A stretch of 64,000 nt of DNA, taken from positions 96,001 to 160,000 of the forward strand of contig JBBILD010000009.1 of assembly GCA_037445065.1 (NCBI GenBank), written 5' to 3'. A program made the translations under genes and the position numbers. Origin of the DNA: Myxococcales bacterium (lineage in GTDB: Bacteria; Desulfobacterota; Binatia; HRBIN30). A model generated the notes under the pieces. That model worked only from the letters and a program-made list of their open reading frames with translations, was not told where the DNA came from and searched no databases. Positions 52,458 to 63,992 of this stretch are shown in pieces; the stretch's first letter is position 1, and each line of letters starts with the position of its first letter.

Positions 52458-54104
52458 ATGGACCGGCGCGCTCTTCTCGCAGTCATTCTCTCGCTTTTGG
52501 TTCTGGTCGCCTACGAGCAGTTTTTACGCCACTACTATCGGCCGCCAGAAGGCCCCGAGACCGCTCCGTCCCCGCGCGCTTCCTCCGCGCTCGAGGAACA
52601 TGCGGCTACGCCGGCCCAAACCGCGCGCCAGACCCCTCAAGACGCCACCACCAAGTTAGACGAGCCAGCAGAGGAACAAGCTCTCGAACGGATCGTGCGA
52701 GTGGAGACACCTCTCTACACCACGCTGTTCAGTACTCGCGGTGCGCGGTTGGTCAGCTTTCGCCTCAAAAAGTACCGGACCACTGTGGATCCAGGCAGCC
52801 CGCCCCTTGAGCTGATCATACCGGGGGTAGAGGGAGACGCTCCTTTTTCCCTCGAGCTCCGCGGGCGTGACGGGGCCCCGCTCTGGAAAGACACGCGCGT
52901 CGCTTACGAGACCGGGGCAGGGGACGTGGTCGAACTTGCCGAGGGCACCGGCAGCCTGCGCTTTCGCACCCAGGTACGCGGTGGCACCGTCACCAAGCAA
53001 TTCCTTTTCGATCCAGCAAGCTACATCATCCGCGCGGAGATCTCTCTTGAGCAGCCACCCAGTGAGGCGAGCGAGGTGGGGGTTTCCTGGTCCCGAAGTG
53101 CCGAGCCGAAGAATGCACGGGAGCACGTATTTACCAAGGCAGCGTATCTACAAGGCAAGAAACTGCTCGAGCCGCCATTTAGCGAGCTAGATAAGGGTGT
53201 GGTGGTCGAAGGCGACATTCGCTGGACGGCTTTTTCCGGTTCCTACTTCCTCGCCGCTCTTGCCCTCGAGGAGGCCGAGGCCCCGCGCTTGTGGTTGAAA
53301 AACCGCGGCCTGGTGATCGAGCAAAGCGTGCTAATTCCGGTGCGCGCCCCGGCCACCAACGTTGTTCTGACCGCATACTTGGGGCCCAAAGACATCGATG
53401 CGTTGGAGCTCGCCGGGCACGACTTTCGCCGCGCTGTAGATTTGGGCTGGTTCGGTTTTATCGCCGTACCGCTCCTCCACGTGATGCAGTTTTCCCATCG
53501 CTTTACCGGAAATTACGGGTTCGACATTATTTTACTAACTTTGTTGGTGAAAATTCTTTTCATTCCCCTCACCAACCGTAGCTTTAAGTCTATGCGAGAG
53601 CTGCAGCGGCTCCAGCCGGAGATGCTCCGCATTCGCGAGAAGTACAAGGACGACCCGCAGCAAATGAACAAAGAAATGCTGGAGCTCTACCGGCGCCACA
53701 AAGTCAACCCGCTCGGGGGTTGCTTGCCGATGCTCTTGCAGCTTCCGGTATTCATTGGCCTCTACTCTGCCCTTACTCACGCGGTGGAGCTGCGGCACGC
53801 GCCGTTTATCCTCTGGATCACTGACTTATCTGCACCCGATCGTTTAGGGTCCGTCGCGATCCCCTTGGTCGAGCCACCTGGTGTACCGGTGCTCACCTTG
53901 CTCATGGGTGCAAGTATGTTCCTACAAACTTGGATGTCCCCTAGCACAGGCGATCCGGCGCAACGCAACGTCATGCTGATCATGCCAGTGATGTTCACCT
54001 TTATGTTCATCAACTTTCCCTCGGGGCTTACCCTGTACTGGCTGGTGAACAACGTGCTTACCATTGCCCAGCAGTACTACATGACCCGCAAAACCCTGAA
54101 TTAG
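52458..54104 (+). CDS. yidC: Membrane protein insertase
   Basis: GNYG..IILLT, KVNPLGGCLP, WITDLSAPD, PSGLTLYWLVNN. Confidence 0.97.
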   Translation: MDRRALLAVILSLLVLVAYEQFLRHYYRPPEGPETAPSPRASSALEEHAATPAQTARQTPQDATTKLDEPAEEQALERIVRVETPLYTTLFSTRGARLVSFRLKKYRTTVDPGSPPLELIIPGVEGDAPFSLELRGRDGAPLWKDTRVAYETGAGDVVELAEGTGSLRFRTQVRGGTVTKQFLFDPASYIIRAEISLEQPPSEASEVGVSWSRSAEPKNAREHVFTKAAYLQGKKLLEPPFSELDKGVVVEGDIRWTAFSGSYFLAALALEEAEAPRLWLKNRGLVIEQSVLIPVRAPATNVVLTAYLGPKDIDALELAGHDFRRAVDLGWFGFIAVPLLHVMQFSHRFTGNYGFDIILLTLLVKILFIPLTNRSFKSMRELQRLQPEMLRIREKYKDDPQQMNKEMLELYRRHKVNPLGGCLPMLLQLPVFIGLYSALTHAVELRHAPFILWITDLSAPDRLGSVAIPLVEPPGVPVLTLLMGASMFLQTWMSPSTGDPAQRNVMLIMPVMFTFMFINFPSGLTLYWLVNNVLTIAQQYYMTRKTLN

Positions 54105-54115
54105 GGAGCTTGGCC

Positions 54116-54853
54116 ATGCAAAGCATCGAAGCACAGGGCGAAACCGTCACAGCAGCAATCGAAGCCGGCCTGCGGGAGCTCGGCCTCGAGCGAGACGCGG
54201 TCGACATTGACGTGCTGGATGAAGGCAGCCGCGGCATACTCGGTCTCGGTAGCCGTCCGGCGCGGGTGCGCCTGCGGCCGAAGACAGACACGAACCGTCA
54301 AGAACCTGTGGCGGCAGAGGCAGCGGGTCTGCCTCTGGCGGACACACAAAAACCTGTTGCGGGTGGCCTAAGCGAAGGCATCGAACGCGCCAAAAGTTTT
54401 ATCGAGGAGCTCGTCCGCCTCCTCGGCAGCTCCGTACATCTCACGGTTCGTAACGAAGCGAACCAAGTGGTTTTCGAGCTTGCTGGGCAAGACACAGGTT
54501 TTCTTATCGGCCGGCACGGGCAAATGCTGGACGCCATGGAGTACCTGGTCAATCGCGTGGCCCTCGCCGAAGGTAGTGACTCGGCTCGGATCCTACTGGA
54601 CGTAGAGGGCTACCGCGAACGCCGGCGTGCCTACTTGGAAAGTCTTGCCAAGCGCGTTGGCGCTCAGGTTCGGCGCAACCGCAAACCCGTAACCTTGGAG
54701 CCAATGAGCCCGCGCGACCGGCGCACGATCCATGTCACGCTGCAACAGGAGCGCGGCGTCGTCACCAAGAGCACCGGCGAGGGCTACTACCGGCGGGTGG
54801 TGGTTTCACCAGCCGAGCCGAGCGGGCCGCGACCACGCTCCGCCCGTTCTTGA
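54116..54853 (+). CDS. jag: RNA-binding protein Jag/KhpB
   Basis: Jag_N, KH IGRHGQMLDA, R3H PRDRRTIH. Confidence 0.93.
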   Translation: MQSIEAQGETVTAAIEAGLRELGLERDAVDIDVLDEGSRGILGLGSRPARVRLRPKTDTNRQEPVAAEAAGLPLADTQKPVAGGLSEGIERAKSFIEELVRLLGSSVHLTVRNEANQVVFELAGQDTGFLIGRHGQMLDAMEYLVNRVALAEGSDSARILLDVEGYRERRRAYLESLAKRVGAQVRRNRKPVTLEPMSPRDRRTIHVTLQQERGVVTKSTGEGYYRRVVVSPAEPSGPRPRSARS

Positions 54854-54950
54854 TTAGGACTCGCCCTGCGCAGCTTCCAACCCCACGCAGCTGTGTGTGC
54901 GCGGCACGTAGAACTGCGCTGGCAAAGCCGATAGACTTTGCCGGCCCGGT

Positions 54951-56336
54951 ATGTACGAGCGAGACACGATTGCTGCCATTTCGACGCCCGCGGGCAAGGG
55001 AGGGATCGGCGTCGTACGCGTTAGTGGCAGTTTGGCACCGGCCATCGCCTCTCGCGTTTTTCAGGCTTCTATTCCCGTACACCGCTGGAAGTCACACCGC
55101 CTGTACCGGGGCAAGCTCCTTTCGATCGAGGGGGCGATCTTGGACGACGGACTCGGCGTGTGGATGCGCGCCCCGCAGACCTATACGGGGGAAGACGTGG
55201 TCGAGATTCACGCCCATGGCAGCCCCGTCGTGCTTCGTCATTTCCTCACCCATGTGTTCGCCAGCGGTGCACGGCCCGCAGAGCCCGGAGAGTTCACAAA
55301 ACGAGCCTTTCTGAACGGGCGGCTCGATCTCGCCCAAGCCGAAGCCGTGGCAGACCTAATCGAGGCCCGAACTTTACACGGGGCAGCAGCGGCCGCGCAG
55401 GCAGTTTGCGGCTCGCTCTCCCGAGTCGTGCAGGAGCTGCGCGAGCGGCTGTTGCACGGACGGGCTCAGGTCGAAGCACAAATCGACTTCGGCGATGAAA
55501 TCGAACTCGCTGACGAACAGGTCGCACGGGCGATCGAGGATGTGCGCGCGCCTCTGGAACGGCTCCTTGCGACCTACCGCCACGGAGCACTCGTTCGGCA
55601 CGGGGCGCGGGTTGTTTTGACGGGGAAGCCCAACGTGGGAAAGTCGAGTTTACTGAACGCGCTCCTTGGGGCCGACCGCGCAATCGTAACGGATTTTCCG
55701 GGCACCACGCGCGACACTCTCGAGGAGACCATTGACTGCGAGGGCATTCCGGTCACTCTCATTGACACCGCCGGACTCCGTGAGGAGCGCACGGCCGATC
55801 CGATCGAACGGCTCGGCATGGAGCGCTCCGTGCGCGCAGTCGAGCAGGCCGACCTAGTGCTGTTCTTGATTGACCAACACGCGGGCATTGATCGTGATGA
55901 CCTAGCCATTTTCAAGCAAATCCAGCACCGGTGTCACTTGGTGATTTCCAATAAATCGGACCTTCCAACCGCTCCCACCTACTACACGGAGCTCCCGCGG
56001 CTAGAACCGGGCGGCGCGCGCGTGGTCCGCGTGTCCGCACGTACAGGTGCCGGACTCGATCTCCTCCGTCACTCCATCGCGCTCGCGCTTGGCGGAGACC
56101 AAAGCCCCCCGCCGCTTGGCGAACCGGTGATCGCGCATGCTCGGCATTATGCGGCCCTGGTCCAGGCGCGCGCAGCGCTCGATCGCGCGCACGAGGCTCT
56201 GGACAGGCGTTTGCCGATCGACATTGTGGCAGTGGAGCTCTCCGCCGCAAACGAAGCGCTCGCTTCCATCGTGGGCGAGGTCTCCGCGGAAGACGTGCTC
56301 GAAGAAATTTTTGCGCGCTTTTGCCTCGGCAAGTAA
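54951..56336 (+). CDS. mnmE: tRNA modification GTPase
   Basis: DTIAAIST, GKPNVGKS, GTTRD, DTAG, NKSD, FCLGK. Confidence 0.97.
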   Translation: MYERDTIAAISTPAGKGGIGVVRVSGSLAPAIASRVFQASIPVHRWKSHRLYRGKLLSIEGAILDDGLGVWMRAPQTYTGEDVVEIHAHGSPVVLRHFLTHVFASGARPAEPGEFTKRAFLNGRLDLAQAEAVADLIEARTLHGAAAAAQAVCGSLSRVVQELRERLLHGRAQVEAQIDFGDEIELADEQVARAIEDVRAPLERLLATYRHGALVRHGARVVLTGKPNVGKSSLLNALLGADRAIVTDFPGTTRDTLEETIDCEGIPVTLIDTAGLREERTADPIERLGMERSVRAVEQADLVLFLIDQHAGIDRDDLAIFKQIQHRCHLVISNKSDLPTAPTYYTELPRLEPGGARVVRVSARTGAGLDLLRHSIALALGGDQSPPPLGEPVIAHARHYAALVQARAALDRAHEALDRRLPIDIVAVELSAANEALASIVGEVSAEDVLEEIFARFCLGK

Positions 56337-56394
56337 ACGAGGGGTCTTGCAAAGGCGCACCTCGCCAGGCTTAAGTTTCGCGGCACTGATCGCT

Positions 56395-56410
56395 TGTTTC
56401 ACGTGAAACA
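56395..56410. promoter_or_regulatory. parS site
   Basis: TGTTTCACGTGAAACA perfect consensus palindrome. Confidence 0.95.
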
Positions 56411-56421
56411 AGGAGTTCACA

Positions 56422-58299
56422 ATGGGTCCGTTTGAGACGAGTTTCGATGTCATTGTCGTCGGCGCTGGGCATGCCGGGATCGAGGCCGCACTGGCGGCGG
56501 CGCGCTTAGGCTGCAGCACCCTGGTGATCACCCTGAACCTCGATCATATCGGACAAATGTCCTGCAACCCAGCCATCGGGGGGATCGGCAAGGGACACTT
56601 GGTCAAGGAGATTGACGCCCTTGGCGGGGAGATGGCTCGCGCCATAGACGAAACCGGCATCCAATTCCGCAAGCTCAATACGAAGAAGGGTCCGGCGGTA
56701 CGCGCCTCTCGCGCGCAGGCGGACAAGGCTCTCTACCGCCAGCGCATGAAGCGGCGACTCGAGACGGCCGCCGGGATTACCCTTTACCAAGGGAGCGTGG
56801 AGCGGTTGTTACTGGAGGGAGACCGAGTGTGTGGCGTTGCCACGCAAATGGGTGAAGAGATCCTGGGTAGCACGGTCGTGCTCACCACGGGAACCTTCCT
56901 CAACGGGCTCATTCACGTCGGGCAAAAGCAAATGCAGGCAGGACGGGCGGGAGACTTCGCCGCCACGGGGCTGAGCGAGCAACTTGCCAGCTTGGGGTTC
57001 CCTGTCGGGCGCTTAAAGACAGGCACTTGCCCGCGGCTGGACGCCCGCACCATTGATTTTGCTCGCCTCGAGCCCCAGTTCGGGGATGAGCCACCCGAGC
57101 CGTTTTCTTTCTCCACAGAGCGCATCGAACAGCCGCAAGTCCCCTGCTTCATCACTTATACGAACTCTCGCACCCACGAGATTATCCGCAGAGCCCTCGA
57201 CCGCTCACCCTTGTTCTCCGGGCAAATTCGCGGGCGCGGTCCGCGCTACTGTCCTTCCATTGAAGACAAAGTCGTGCGCTTCGCAGAAAAAGAGCGTCAC
57301 CAAATCTTCCTCGAGCCGGAAGGCCGAGACACCGTGGAAATTTACCCGAATGGCCTCTCGACCAGCCTTCCGCTCGAGGTGCAGATCGAGATGGTCCATA
57401 GTATTCCGGGCTTGGAAGAAGCCCGCATTATGCGCCCCGGGTACGCGATCGAGTACGATTACGTAGACCCGACCGAGCTCTTCCCTTGGCTCGAAACGAA
57501 ACGCGTGCGCAACTTGTTCCACGCAGGGCAGATCAACGGAACGACCGGCTACGAAGAGGCAGCCGCCCAGGGACTGATTGCGGGCATCAACGCGGCCTTA
57601 CGCGTACAGGGCAGGCCACCGTTTACCTTGCGGCGCGACCAAGCCTACATCGGTGTACTCGTTGACGACCTAGTGACCAGAGGGGTGGGCGGGGAACCGT
57701 ATCGGATGTTTACGTCGCGTGCCGAGTACCGCCTTTTGCTCCGCGAGGACAATGCGGACTTGCGGCTTACCCCAATCGCGCGCCAAATCGGTGCCGTAAG
57801 CGAGGCAGCGTGGGAACGAACGAACGAGAAGCAGCGGCAAGTAGAGGCAGAGAAAGCTCGGCTCGAATCCACCGTTCTTTTCCCCACTCCTGAGACTAAC
57901 GCCAAGTTGCGGCAGTTGGGCACGGCAGAGATCGTCAACCCCACCTCCCTGGCGCAACTCTTACGCCGGCCCGAGGTAGACTACGCCAAGATCACGTTGG
58001 TGGCCCCCCCATCGCAAGCGCTGCCGGCCCACGTTGGGGCGCAAGTAGAAGTCGATATGAAGTATGCCGGGTACGTCAAGCGCCAACTGGAGGCGGTGGA
58101 GCGGTTGCGGCGGATGGAAGACACGCCGATCCCGCCCGACTTTGACTATACCCGGCTCAGCGGCTTATCCCGCGAGGCACAAGAAAAGCTTTCTCGAATC
58201 CGTCCCCGCTCTCTGGGCCAGGCAGCCCGGGTTCCAGGGCTTACGCCAGCAGCGCTTTCCCTCCTCTCCGTGTATTTGAAACGTGCCGGCGCGAACTGA
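56422..58299 (+). CDS. mnmG: tRNA uridine-5-carboxymethylaminomethyl modification enzyme
   Basis: [42 protein letters not shown]. Confidence 0.98.
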   Translation: MGPFETSFDVIVVGAGHAGIEAALAAARLGCSTLVITLNLDHIGQMSCNPAIGGIGKGHLVKEIDALGGEMARAIDETGIQFRKLNTKKGPAVRASRAQADKALYRQRMKRRLETAAGITLYQGSVERLLLEGDRVCGVATQMGEEILGSTVVLTTGTFLNGLIHVGQKQMQAGRAGDFAATGLSEQLASLGFPVGRLKTGTCPRLDARTIDFARLEPQFGDEPPEPFSFSTERIEQPQVPCFITYTNSRTHEIIRRALDRSPLFSGQIRGRGPRYCPSIEDKVVRFAEKERHQIFLEPEGRDTVEIYPNGLSTSLPLEVQIEMVHSIPGLEEARIMRPGYAIEYDYVDPTELFPWLETKRVRNLFHAGQINGTTGYEEAAAQGLIAGINAALRVQGRPPFTLRRDQAYIGVLVDDLVTRGVGGEPYRMFTSRAEYRLLLREDNADLRLTPIARQIGAVSEAAWERTNEKQRQVEAEKARLESTVLFPTPETNAKLRQLGTAEIVNPTSLAQLLRRPEVDYAKITLVAPPSQALPAHVGAQVEVDMKYAGYVKRQLEAVERLRRMEDTPIPPDFDYTRLSGLSREAQEKLSRIRPRSLGQAARVPGLTPAALSLLSVYLKRAGAN

Positions 58300-58978
58300 A
58301 CCATCCGACTCAGCGGCCGTGCTCGCGGCACTCCGGCAAGCCGCCCGTCAGCAACTTCACCTCAATCTACTCGAAGCCACGCTGTACACGCTGGAACGCT
58401 TCGCCCAGCTCCTGCTGTATTGGAACCGTTCGGTTTCCCTGACCGGAGCGGCCACACTCGAGGAAGTCCTCCTCGATCACGTGCTCGACAGTCTGGCTCT
58501 CGCGCCACTCCTGCCTTCGGGAGCGCGGGTAGCGGATTTAGGGAGTGGCGCAGGCTTTCCCGGCATCCCTACAGCTGTGGTTCGCCAGGACTGCCTTTTT
58601 TGGCTCGTGGAGTCGCGCCGGAAGCGCGCGAACTTTCTGCGCGAAGCGAAGCGCGAACTCGGCCTAAAGCATGCAGAGATCGTGGAAGCCCGCGCGGAAA
58701 CCCTTGCCGATTGCTTTGCAGCCCGGTTCGACGTTGTTACCTCGCGCGCGCTGGGCAAGCTTTCTGTCTTCCTGGACCTTGCTGAGCCTCTATTGGCCGA
58801 GGGCGGCCTCGCGGTAGCGTTCAAGGGTCCGTCCCTCACGCAAGAAGCGGCCACTCATCGGAGACTCCACCACGAGCGGGATATCTGGTACTCCTTGCCG
58901 AAAGGCCAACGGCACTGCCTAACCACGTTCCGAAAGCCTGTTCCACGTGAAACACTTCCCGACTCCGGCAGAACGTGA
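58283..58978 (+). CDS. rsmG: 16S rRNA m7G527 methyltransferase
   Basis: [20 protein letters not shown]. Confidence 0.94.
   Translation: MPARTEPSDSAAVLAALRQAARQQLHLNLLEATLYTLERFAQLLLYWNRSVSLTGAATLEEVLLDHVLDSLALAPLLPSGARVADLGSGAGFPGIPTAVVRQDCLFWLVESRRKRANFLREAKRELGLKHAEIVEARAETLADCFAARFDVVTSRALGKLSVFLDLAEPLLAEGGLAVAFKGPSLTQEAATHRRLHHERDIWYSLPKGQRHCLTTFRKPVPRETLPDSGRT
58939..58954. promoter_or_regulatory. parS site (inside rsmG 3' end)
   Basis: TGTTCCACGTGAAACA. Confidence 0.92.
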
Positions 58979-59013
58979 TAGGACAGCGGCGGTCGCGAGA
59001 GAGGCGGATTAGG

Positions 59014-59826
59014 GTGGGACGAGTTATCTGCATTGCCAACCAAAAAGGCGGCGTTGGCAAGACAACCACAGCGGTGAATCTGGCGGCTTGCCTGGCGCTG
59101 TCTGGCCATCGCGTTTTGCTGATCGACTTAGACCCGCAGGCAAGCGCAACCAGCGGACTCGGCCTAAAGGCGTCTGCAGACCGGCCTACCACTTACGAAG
59201 TGCTTCTCAGCGAAGTGCCCGTTGCAGAAGCACTTCTTTCCAACCCCGACATACCCGGCCTCGAGGTCGTACCGGCCACGCGCGATTTGGTGGGTGCCGA
59301 GATCGAGCTGGTACCCTTGCTGGCACGCGAGCACCGCTTGGCGGAGGCAGTGCGGCCGGTAAAGCATTCCTACGCTTACGTGCTCATTGACTGCCCCCCG
59401 TCGCTTGGCCTCTTGACCTTGAATGGGCTTACGAGTGCGGACAGCGTGCTGGTCCCCGTACAATGCGAGTATTACGCGCTGGAAGGCCTGTCCTCACTGA
59501 TGGAGACGGTGGAGCTAGTGCGCAAGCGGCTAAATCCTGCACTGCGCCTCGAAGGAGTCGTGCTGACCATGTTCGATTCGCGCAACACGCTGTCGCGGGA
59601 GGTTGGCGAAGAGGTGCGCCGCTTCTTCCCCGGCCAGGTATTCCAGAACGTGATCCCCCGCAATGTGCGCGTCAGCGAGGCGCCAAGCCACGGTAAACCC
59701 GTTATACTGTACGATCCCGATTGCAGAGGAGCGGCTGCCTATCACTCGCTTTGCCAGGAGCTTTTAGCTGGCGGGCCGGCTGTAGAATCGCGAACCGAAC
59801 AACCATCTGGAGTCGAGGAGGGGTAG
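59014..59826 (+). CDS. parA: Chromosome partitioning ATPase
   Basis: [46 protein letters not shown]. Confidence 0.97.
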   Translation: MGRVICIANQKGGVGKTTTAVNLAACLALSGHRVLLIDLDPQASATSGLGLKASADRPTTYEVLLSEVPVAEALLSNPDIPGLEVVPATRDLVGAEIELVPLLAREHRLAEAVRPVKHSYAYVLIDCPPSLGLLTLNGLTSADSVLVPVQCEYYALEGLSSLMETVELVRKRLNPALRLEGVVLTMFDSRNTLSREVGEEVRRFFPGQVFQNVIPRNVRVSEAPSHGKPVILYDPDCRGAAAYHSLCQELLAGGPAVESRTEQPSGVEEG

Positions 59827-59829
59827 AGG

Positions 59830-60687
59830 ATGGAGCAGGGGACGAAACGCAAAGGGTTGGGCAGAGGCTTGGAAGCATTGATTCCCGTTTCCGGGGACTT
59901 CCTCGGCAGTAGGAGTAGGCAGGCCGAGGTCGTGGCCGTTCCGATCGCGAAAATCCAACCGAATCCATACCAACCGCGCAGACATTTTTCGCCGGAGCGG
60001 CTCCGAGAATTGGCCGACTCGATTCGACAACACGGCCTCCTCCAGCCCATCGTCGTGGCGGAGCGAGATGGCGGTTACGAACTGATTGCCGGCGAACGCC
60101 GCCTGCGGGCAGCTCAATTAGTGGGGCTGTCTACCGTTCCCGCGGTAATCCGATCCGCCGACTCTCGAACCTCCCTTGCCTTCGCTCTGATCGAAAACTT
60201 GCAGCGGGAAGACCTGAATCCAATCGAGGAAGCGCTCGCTTACCGGAGACTGCAAGCAGAATTCGGACTGACTCAGCAGGAAATTGCGGAGCAAGTTGGC
60301 AAATCTCGTTCTACAGTGGCAAACAGCATGCGGCTCTTGCAGCTTCCACAAGAAATCCAGGAGGCGCTTGCTCAGGGCCGGCTGTCGGCAGGGCATGCAC
60401 GCGCCATTTTGGCAATTGACGATGCGGAGGAACAAAAGCGCTTCGCGAACGCGTTGCTGCAGGAGTCCACAAGTGTGCGCGCAGCCGAGCGCCTCGCGCG
60501 GCGCGAAAGCGGAAAACGGACTCCCCGCCATCCTGATTGGGATGCAGCAGAAGAGGCTTTGCGCCGCACCCTCGGCCTCAAAGTCCACTTGCGCGTGCGA
60601 GCGGACGGTTCCGGAAAGCTCGAGATCGAGTACCCCTCGGTAGACGTACTCAACCAGTTGCTCGATCGCTTGGGCGTACAGGTGTAG
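59830..60687 (+). CDS. parB: Chromosome partitioning protein
   Basis: LGRGL, NPYQPR, IAGERRLRA, ENLQREDL, HTH. Confidence 0.97.
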   Translation: MEQGTKRKGLGRGLEALIPVSGDFLGSRSRQAEVVAVPIAKIQPNPYQPRRHFSPERLRELADSIRQHGLLQPIVVAERDGGYELIAGERRLRAAQLVGLSTVPAVIRSADSRTSLAFALIENLQREDLNPIEEALAYRRLQAEFGLTQQEIAEQVGKSRSTVANSMRLLQLPQEIQEALAQGRLSAGHARAILAIDDAEEQKRFANALLQESTSVRAAERLARRESGKRTPRHPDWDAAEEALRRTLGLKVHLRVRADGSGKLEIEYPSVDVLNQLLDRLGVQV

Positions 60688-60712
60688 GGCCCCCGAGTCC
60701 AACCCCACGCCT

Positions 60713-62437
60713 CTATCCAGCCGGGGCCGTCCTCCTCCAGCCCTCTTCCGCCTCGCGAGCTGCGGCCGAACCGCGGGGCAACAGACGCATGGCCATCCGG
60801 TAACTCGCCGCGGCTTCCTCCGAACGCCCCAGCGCTTCCAGTGCGATTGCCCGCTCGAGATGAGCGGCGGCGAACTCCGGCTGCTTTGCAAGTTTGCGCT
60901 CACAGGCTTCGAGTGCCGCGCTCGCCCCGCGCGCCTGGCGAAGCGCTTCCGCGTAGCGGCGGAATGCATAGTCCGCGCGCGGCCGCAGCGAACTAGCGCG
61001 CTCGAAAAAATCCACAGCGCGATCCCACTGCCCGAGTTCGCGGTAATGGAGCCCTAAGTTATAAGGGGCAAGGAAGCCCTGCGGGTCGCGAGCTTGCACC
61101 CGCAGCCAAAAGCGTTCGTTGTCCTTCCAGTGACCGGTCTCCAAGTGGCTCAAAAAGGTGAGCACGAGTAACGGCGTGAACACAAAGGGGCGCCCGTTCG
61201 CCGGCAGCGCTGAGAGACGTTTCCCAGCGAAACGAACCATTCGGTCCCAAGCCGCTCCCGCGGCAATGCCAATGCCGATCATGGAAAAATACAGGAAGTG
61301 GTCGGCCACGAAGCTGTACGTGAGAAAGTTGAAGCTCTGTAACCCGGAAACGGGTACGAGAAATGTGACGAACAAAAGCAATCCCCAAGTGGCAAGAACT
61401 GGGATGCGCCTTGCCCAGACCAGCGCGGCCCCAGCCAGCACCAGGAGGGCAAACGGAGCGATCCACCAGGACAGCGAGGCCGCGTCCGGCTCCCAGCGCG
61501 GGTAGATGGGCGCCAGTGCGGCCGGCCACGCAATTGTCCGCAAATAAAAAGCCAACGCATTGGTCGCGATCAAGAATCGCTCGACGGGCGAAAACTCTGG
61601 GGTCCACTCCTTTCGCTCGTACCCCAGTGTAAGCCACGCCGCGAGCGCGGCCACGGCCAAGAACGGCAGCCCCAAGGCAAGCCTTTGCCCACGGCGTGTG
61701 TGCCCTGGCGACGCGCCTTGGCTTGCTTCTGGCGCGCCAGGGTAGAGCAACAAAGCGAGAGGAAGCCCGACCACCTGGGTCTTGGCCAGCAAGGCCAGAA
61801 CGAAACTGGCAAAGCTCGCCCCGTATGCGAGTGCGGAGTCTCGCGCACAACAGCGGACAAAAGCGCACAGACTCAACAGCAAAAAGAGAGCGCCGAGCAC
61901 GTTTTTCCTCTCTGCGACCCACGCGACCGAAGCCACCTGCACTGGGTGCAGTGCAAAAATCCCCGCGCCCAGTGCCGCCCCTGGCAGAGACACTCCGAGT
62001 CCGCGCAGTAGCGCGAAGGCCAGGCCCGCATTGATCAGGTGCAAGCACAGGTTGGTTGCGTGGTAAGCGCGGGCGTCCAACCCCCAAAGCCTGTACTCTA
62101 ACCAAAAAGATGAAAAGGTCAGCGGGTAGTACTGCTGTGTGGCGCGCGCCGAGGGGTCCCAAATCTTGAACAGTCCGGCGCCGTCCCGGAGCAGCGGATT
62201 GGCGGTAACATAGTACTGATCGTCCCAGCGCAGGAAATCTGCGCCGAGCACTCGTACGAAGGCAACGAGCGTAAGAACGAGGAGAGGGGCCAACCACAAG
62301 GTGGTCTCCGCCAGCGATGCGGGAGGTGGACTAGAGCTTTCGGCACCTGGCATACCCGTGACCACGGTCGCCCGCGCCTTGGCCTGCACTCCCGGCGGTC
62401 CTACTGGTTTTTCGCGGCCTCGGCGCCGTTTCCCCAT
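60713..62437 (-). CDS. TMTC-like GT-C membrane glycosyltransferase with C-terminal TPRs
   Basis: WDDQYYVTANP, YYPL, YHATNLCLH, FALHPVQVASVAWVAER, ADHFLY, TPR tail. Confidence 0.85.
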   Translation of the reverse strand: MGKRRRGREKPVGPPGVQAKARATVVTGMPGAESSSPPPASLAETTLWLAPLLVLTLVAFVRVLGADFLRWDDQYYVTANPLLRDGAGLFKIWDPSARATQQYYPLTFSSFWLEYRLWGLDARAYHATNLCLHLINAGLAFALLRGLGVSLPGAALGAGIFALHPVQVASVAWVAERKNVLGALFLLLSLCAFVRCCARDSALAYGASFASFVLALLAKTQVVGLPLALLLYPGAPEASQGASPGHTRRGQRLALGLPFLAVAALAAWLTLGYERKEWTPEFSPVERFLIATNALAFYLRTIAWPAALAPIYPRWEPDAASLSWWIAPFALLVLAGAALVWARRIPVLATWGLLLFVTFLVPVSGLQSFNFLTYSFVADHFLYFSMIGIGIAAGAAWDRMVRFAGKRLSALPANGRPFVFTPLLVLTFLSHLETGHWKDNERFWLRVQARDPQGFLAPYNLGLHYRELGQWDRAVDFFERASSLRPRADYAFRRYAEALRQARGASAALEACERKLAKQPEFAAAHLERAIALEALGRSEEAAASYRMAMRLLPRGSAAAREAEEGWRRTAPAG

Positions 62438-62778
62438 GAGATCAGCTTGATACCGGGAAGCCGCGTCGCCGCTCAAGAGCGGCCAACAGCTCTTCCGGCT
62501 CTGCCTGTGACCCTCCTGCGTATGAACCGAGAAGGAGCCGGAGGAAGCCACCAGCCCACCGCCCCGAGCCTGCGGCGCGATCCGCGCGCTACCTCCCTCC
62601 GTCTACACGACCATCCTGGCGGCGCTGCGATCAGCTCTGCCCGCCGGCGGCGGTGGTCACTTCACTCTACCACGAACTCGCAACGATTGGCCTCCATCTC
62701 CTCCCGCGATTTTTCCTGGCACGCCACCGGCAGCTCCACGACCCGTTTTCGCAAGCTCGCCTAATGTGGAAGGCCATT

Positions 62779-62807
62779 TTGACAAGCTCTAGGCATGATG
62801 TTATACG
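62779..62807 (+). promoter_or_regulatory. Sigma70-type promoter of bactofilin gene
   Basis: TTGACA-N17-TATACG with TG at the extended -10 position. Confidence 0.65.
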
Positions 62808-62846
62808 CGGCTCGCTTTTCGAATCCCCTCCCGGGAGGAGCGAGTC

Positions 62847-63398
62847 ATGGCCTTATTTGGCAAGGACGACAAACCGCAGCGTTCCGAAGATGCCAGGCCA
62901 GCGTTTATCAACTCGCCGGTCTTGCCCGGGGAGCCCGTGCCCGCGGAGCCGAGTGTGCAAGCGCACCTCGGTAAGGGGAGTCGAATCGAGGGCAAGCTCA
63001 CCTTCGAAGGGAGCGTGCGCATTGATGGCCAGGTCGAAGGAGAGATCCAGGCCCAGGAAGCGGTCATCATCGGTGAGAGCGCCATGTTGAATGCGCAGGT
63101 AACGGCCGGAACGGTGATCCTCACTGGCAAGCTTACGGGAGACGTGACGGCGCGCAAACGGATCGAACTCCGTGCCCCGGCTCGCCTCATCGGCAACATT
63201 TCTACTCCGTGCCTAGTCATTCACGAAGGGGTCGTTTTCGAAGGCCGCTGCACGATGGGCGGGGCGGCCTCGGGTGAAGCGAAAGCCGCCGCGGGGACTA
63301 ATCCAGCGGAGCGGCCAAAAGTAGCACAGTTCCCCCGTGATGAGCGCCCTGGCGCGGCCCAGGCGGCCACTGTGGGAGGGAGCAAAGCGGGTAGCTGA
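62847..63398 (+). CDS. Bactofilin (polymer-forming cytoskeletal protein)
   Basis: LGKGSRIEGKLTFEGSVRIDGQVEGEI...LVIHEGVVFEGRCTM. Confidence 0.93.
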   Translation: MALFGKDDKPQRSEDARPAFINSPVLPGEPVPAEPSVQAHLGKGSRIEGKLTFEGSVRIDGQVEGEIQAQEAVIIGESAMLNAQVTAGTVILTGKLTGDVTARKRIELRAPARLIGNISTPCLVIHEGVVFEGRCTMGGAASGEAKAAAGTNPAERPKVAQFPRDERPGAAQAATVGGSKAGS

Positions 63399-63557
63399 AA
63401 AGGTCCTGACTCGTATCCCAAGAACCCAAACGAACGCCTCGCCCGGACGCCTCAAAGGGCACCGGGCGAGGCGTTCGTTTGCGGAAGCAGAAAACGGAAT
63501 AACTTATGAAGCTGATGATTCGAACTGAAACTGAAGTAGCAATGAGGTCGTGAGCGC

Positions 63558-63992
63558 ATGCTGGCATTTCCGCCCGACTTTACTTTCCTCATTCAGATCG
63601 TCTCCTTTCTGATCCTTTGGCAACTTTTGCGTAAGTTGGCCTGGGAACCGATGCTCGCCGTGCTGCAGGAACGCGAGGAGCGCACCGCTGGTAACCGCAG
63701 GCGGGCCGAGGCGTTGCGCGGCGAGGCGCAGGAGAGCCAGCGTCGTTACGAGGAAGAAATGGGGCGCGCGCGGGCACGGATGCACGCGGAGGTGAGCAAA
63801 GTGCGCGCGCAGATCCAGGAGCAGGAGCGAGCTGCCATTCAGCTCGCGCGGCGCGAGGCGAGCGAGCGGCTTGCGGCCCAGCGTGCCGCCTTGGCTAAAG
63901 AAGCAGAAGCCGTGCGCGTCGCCTTTGCCGAGCAGGCTCAGGAACTGTCGCGGGTGATCGCCGCACGGCTGCTCGGGAGGGAGCCCCAATGA
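63558..63992 (+). CDS. ATP synthase F0 subunit b'
   Basis: PDFTFLIQIVSFLIL..LLRKLAWEPML..LQERE plus coiled coil; ATGA overlap with the next ORF at 63989 (probably subunit b, truncated by window). Confidence 0.88.
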   Translation: MLAFPPDFTFLIQIVSFLILWQLLRKLAWEPMLAVLQEREERTAGNRRRAEALRGEAQESQRRYEEEMGRARARMHAEVSKVRAQIQEQERAAIQLARREASERLAAQRAALAKEAEAVRVAFAEQAQELSRVIAARLLGREPQ

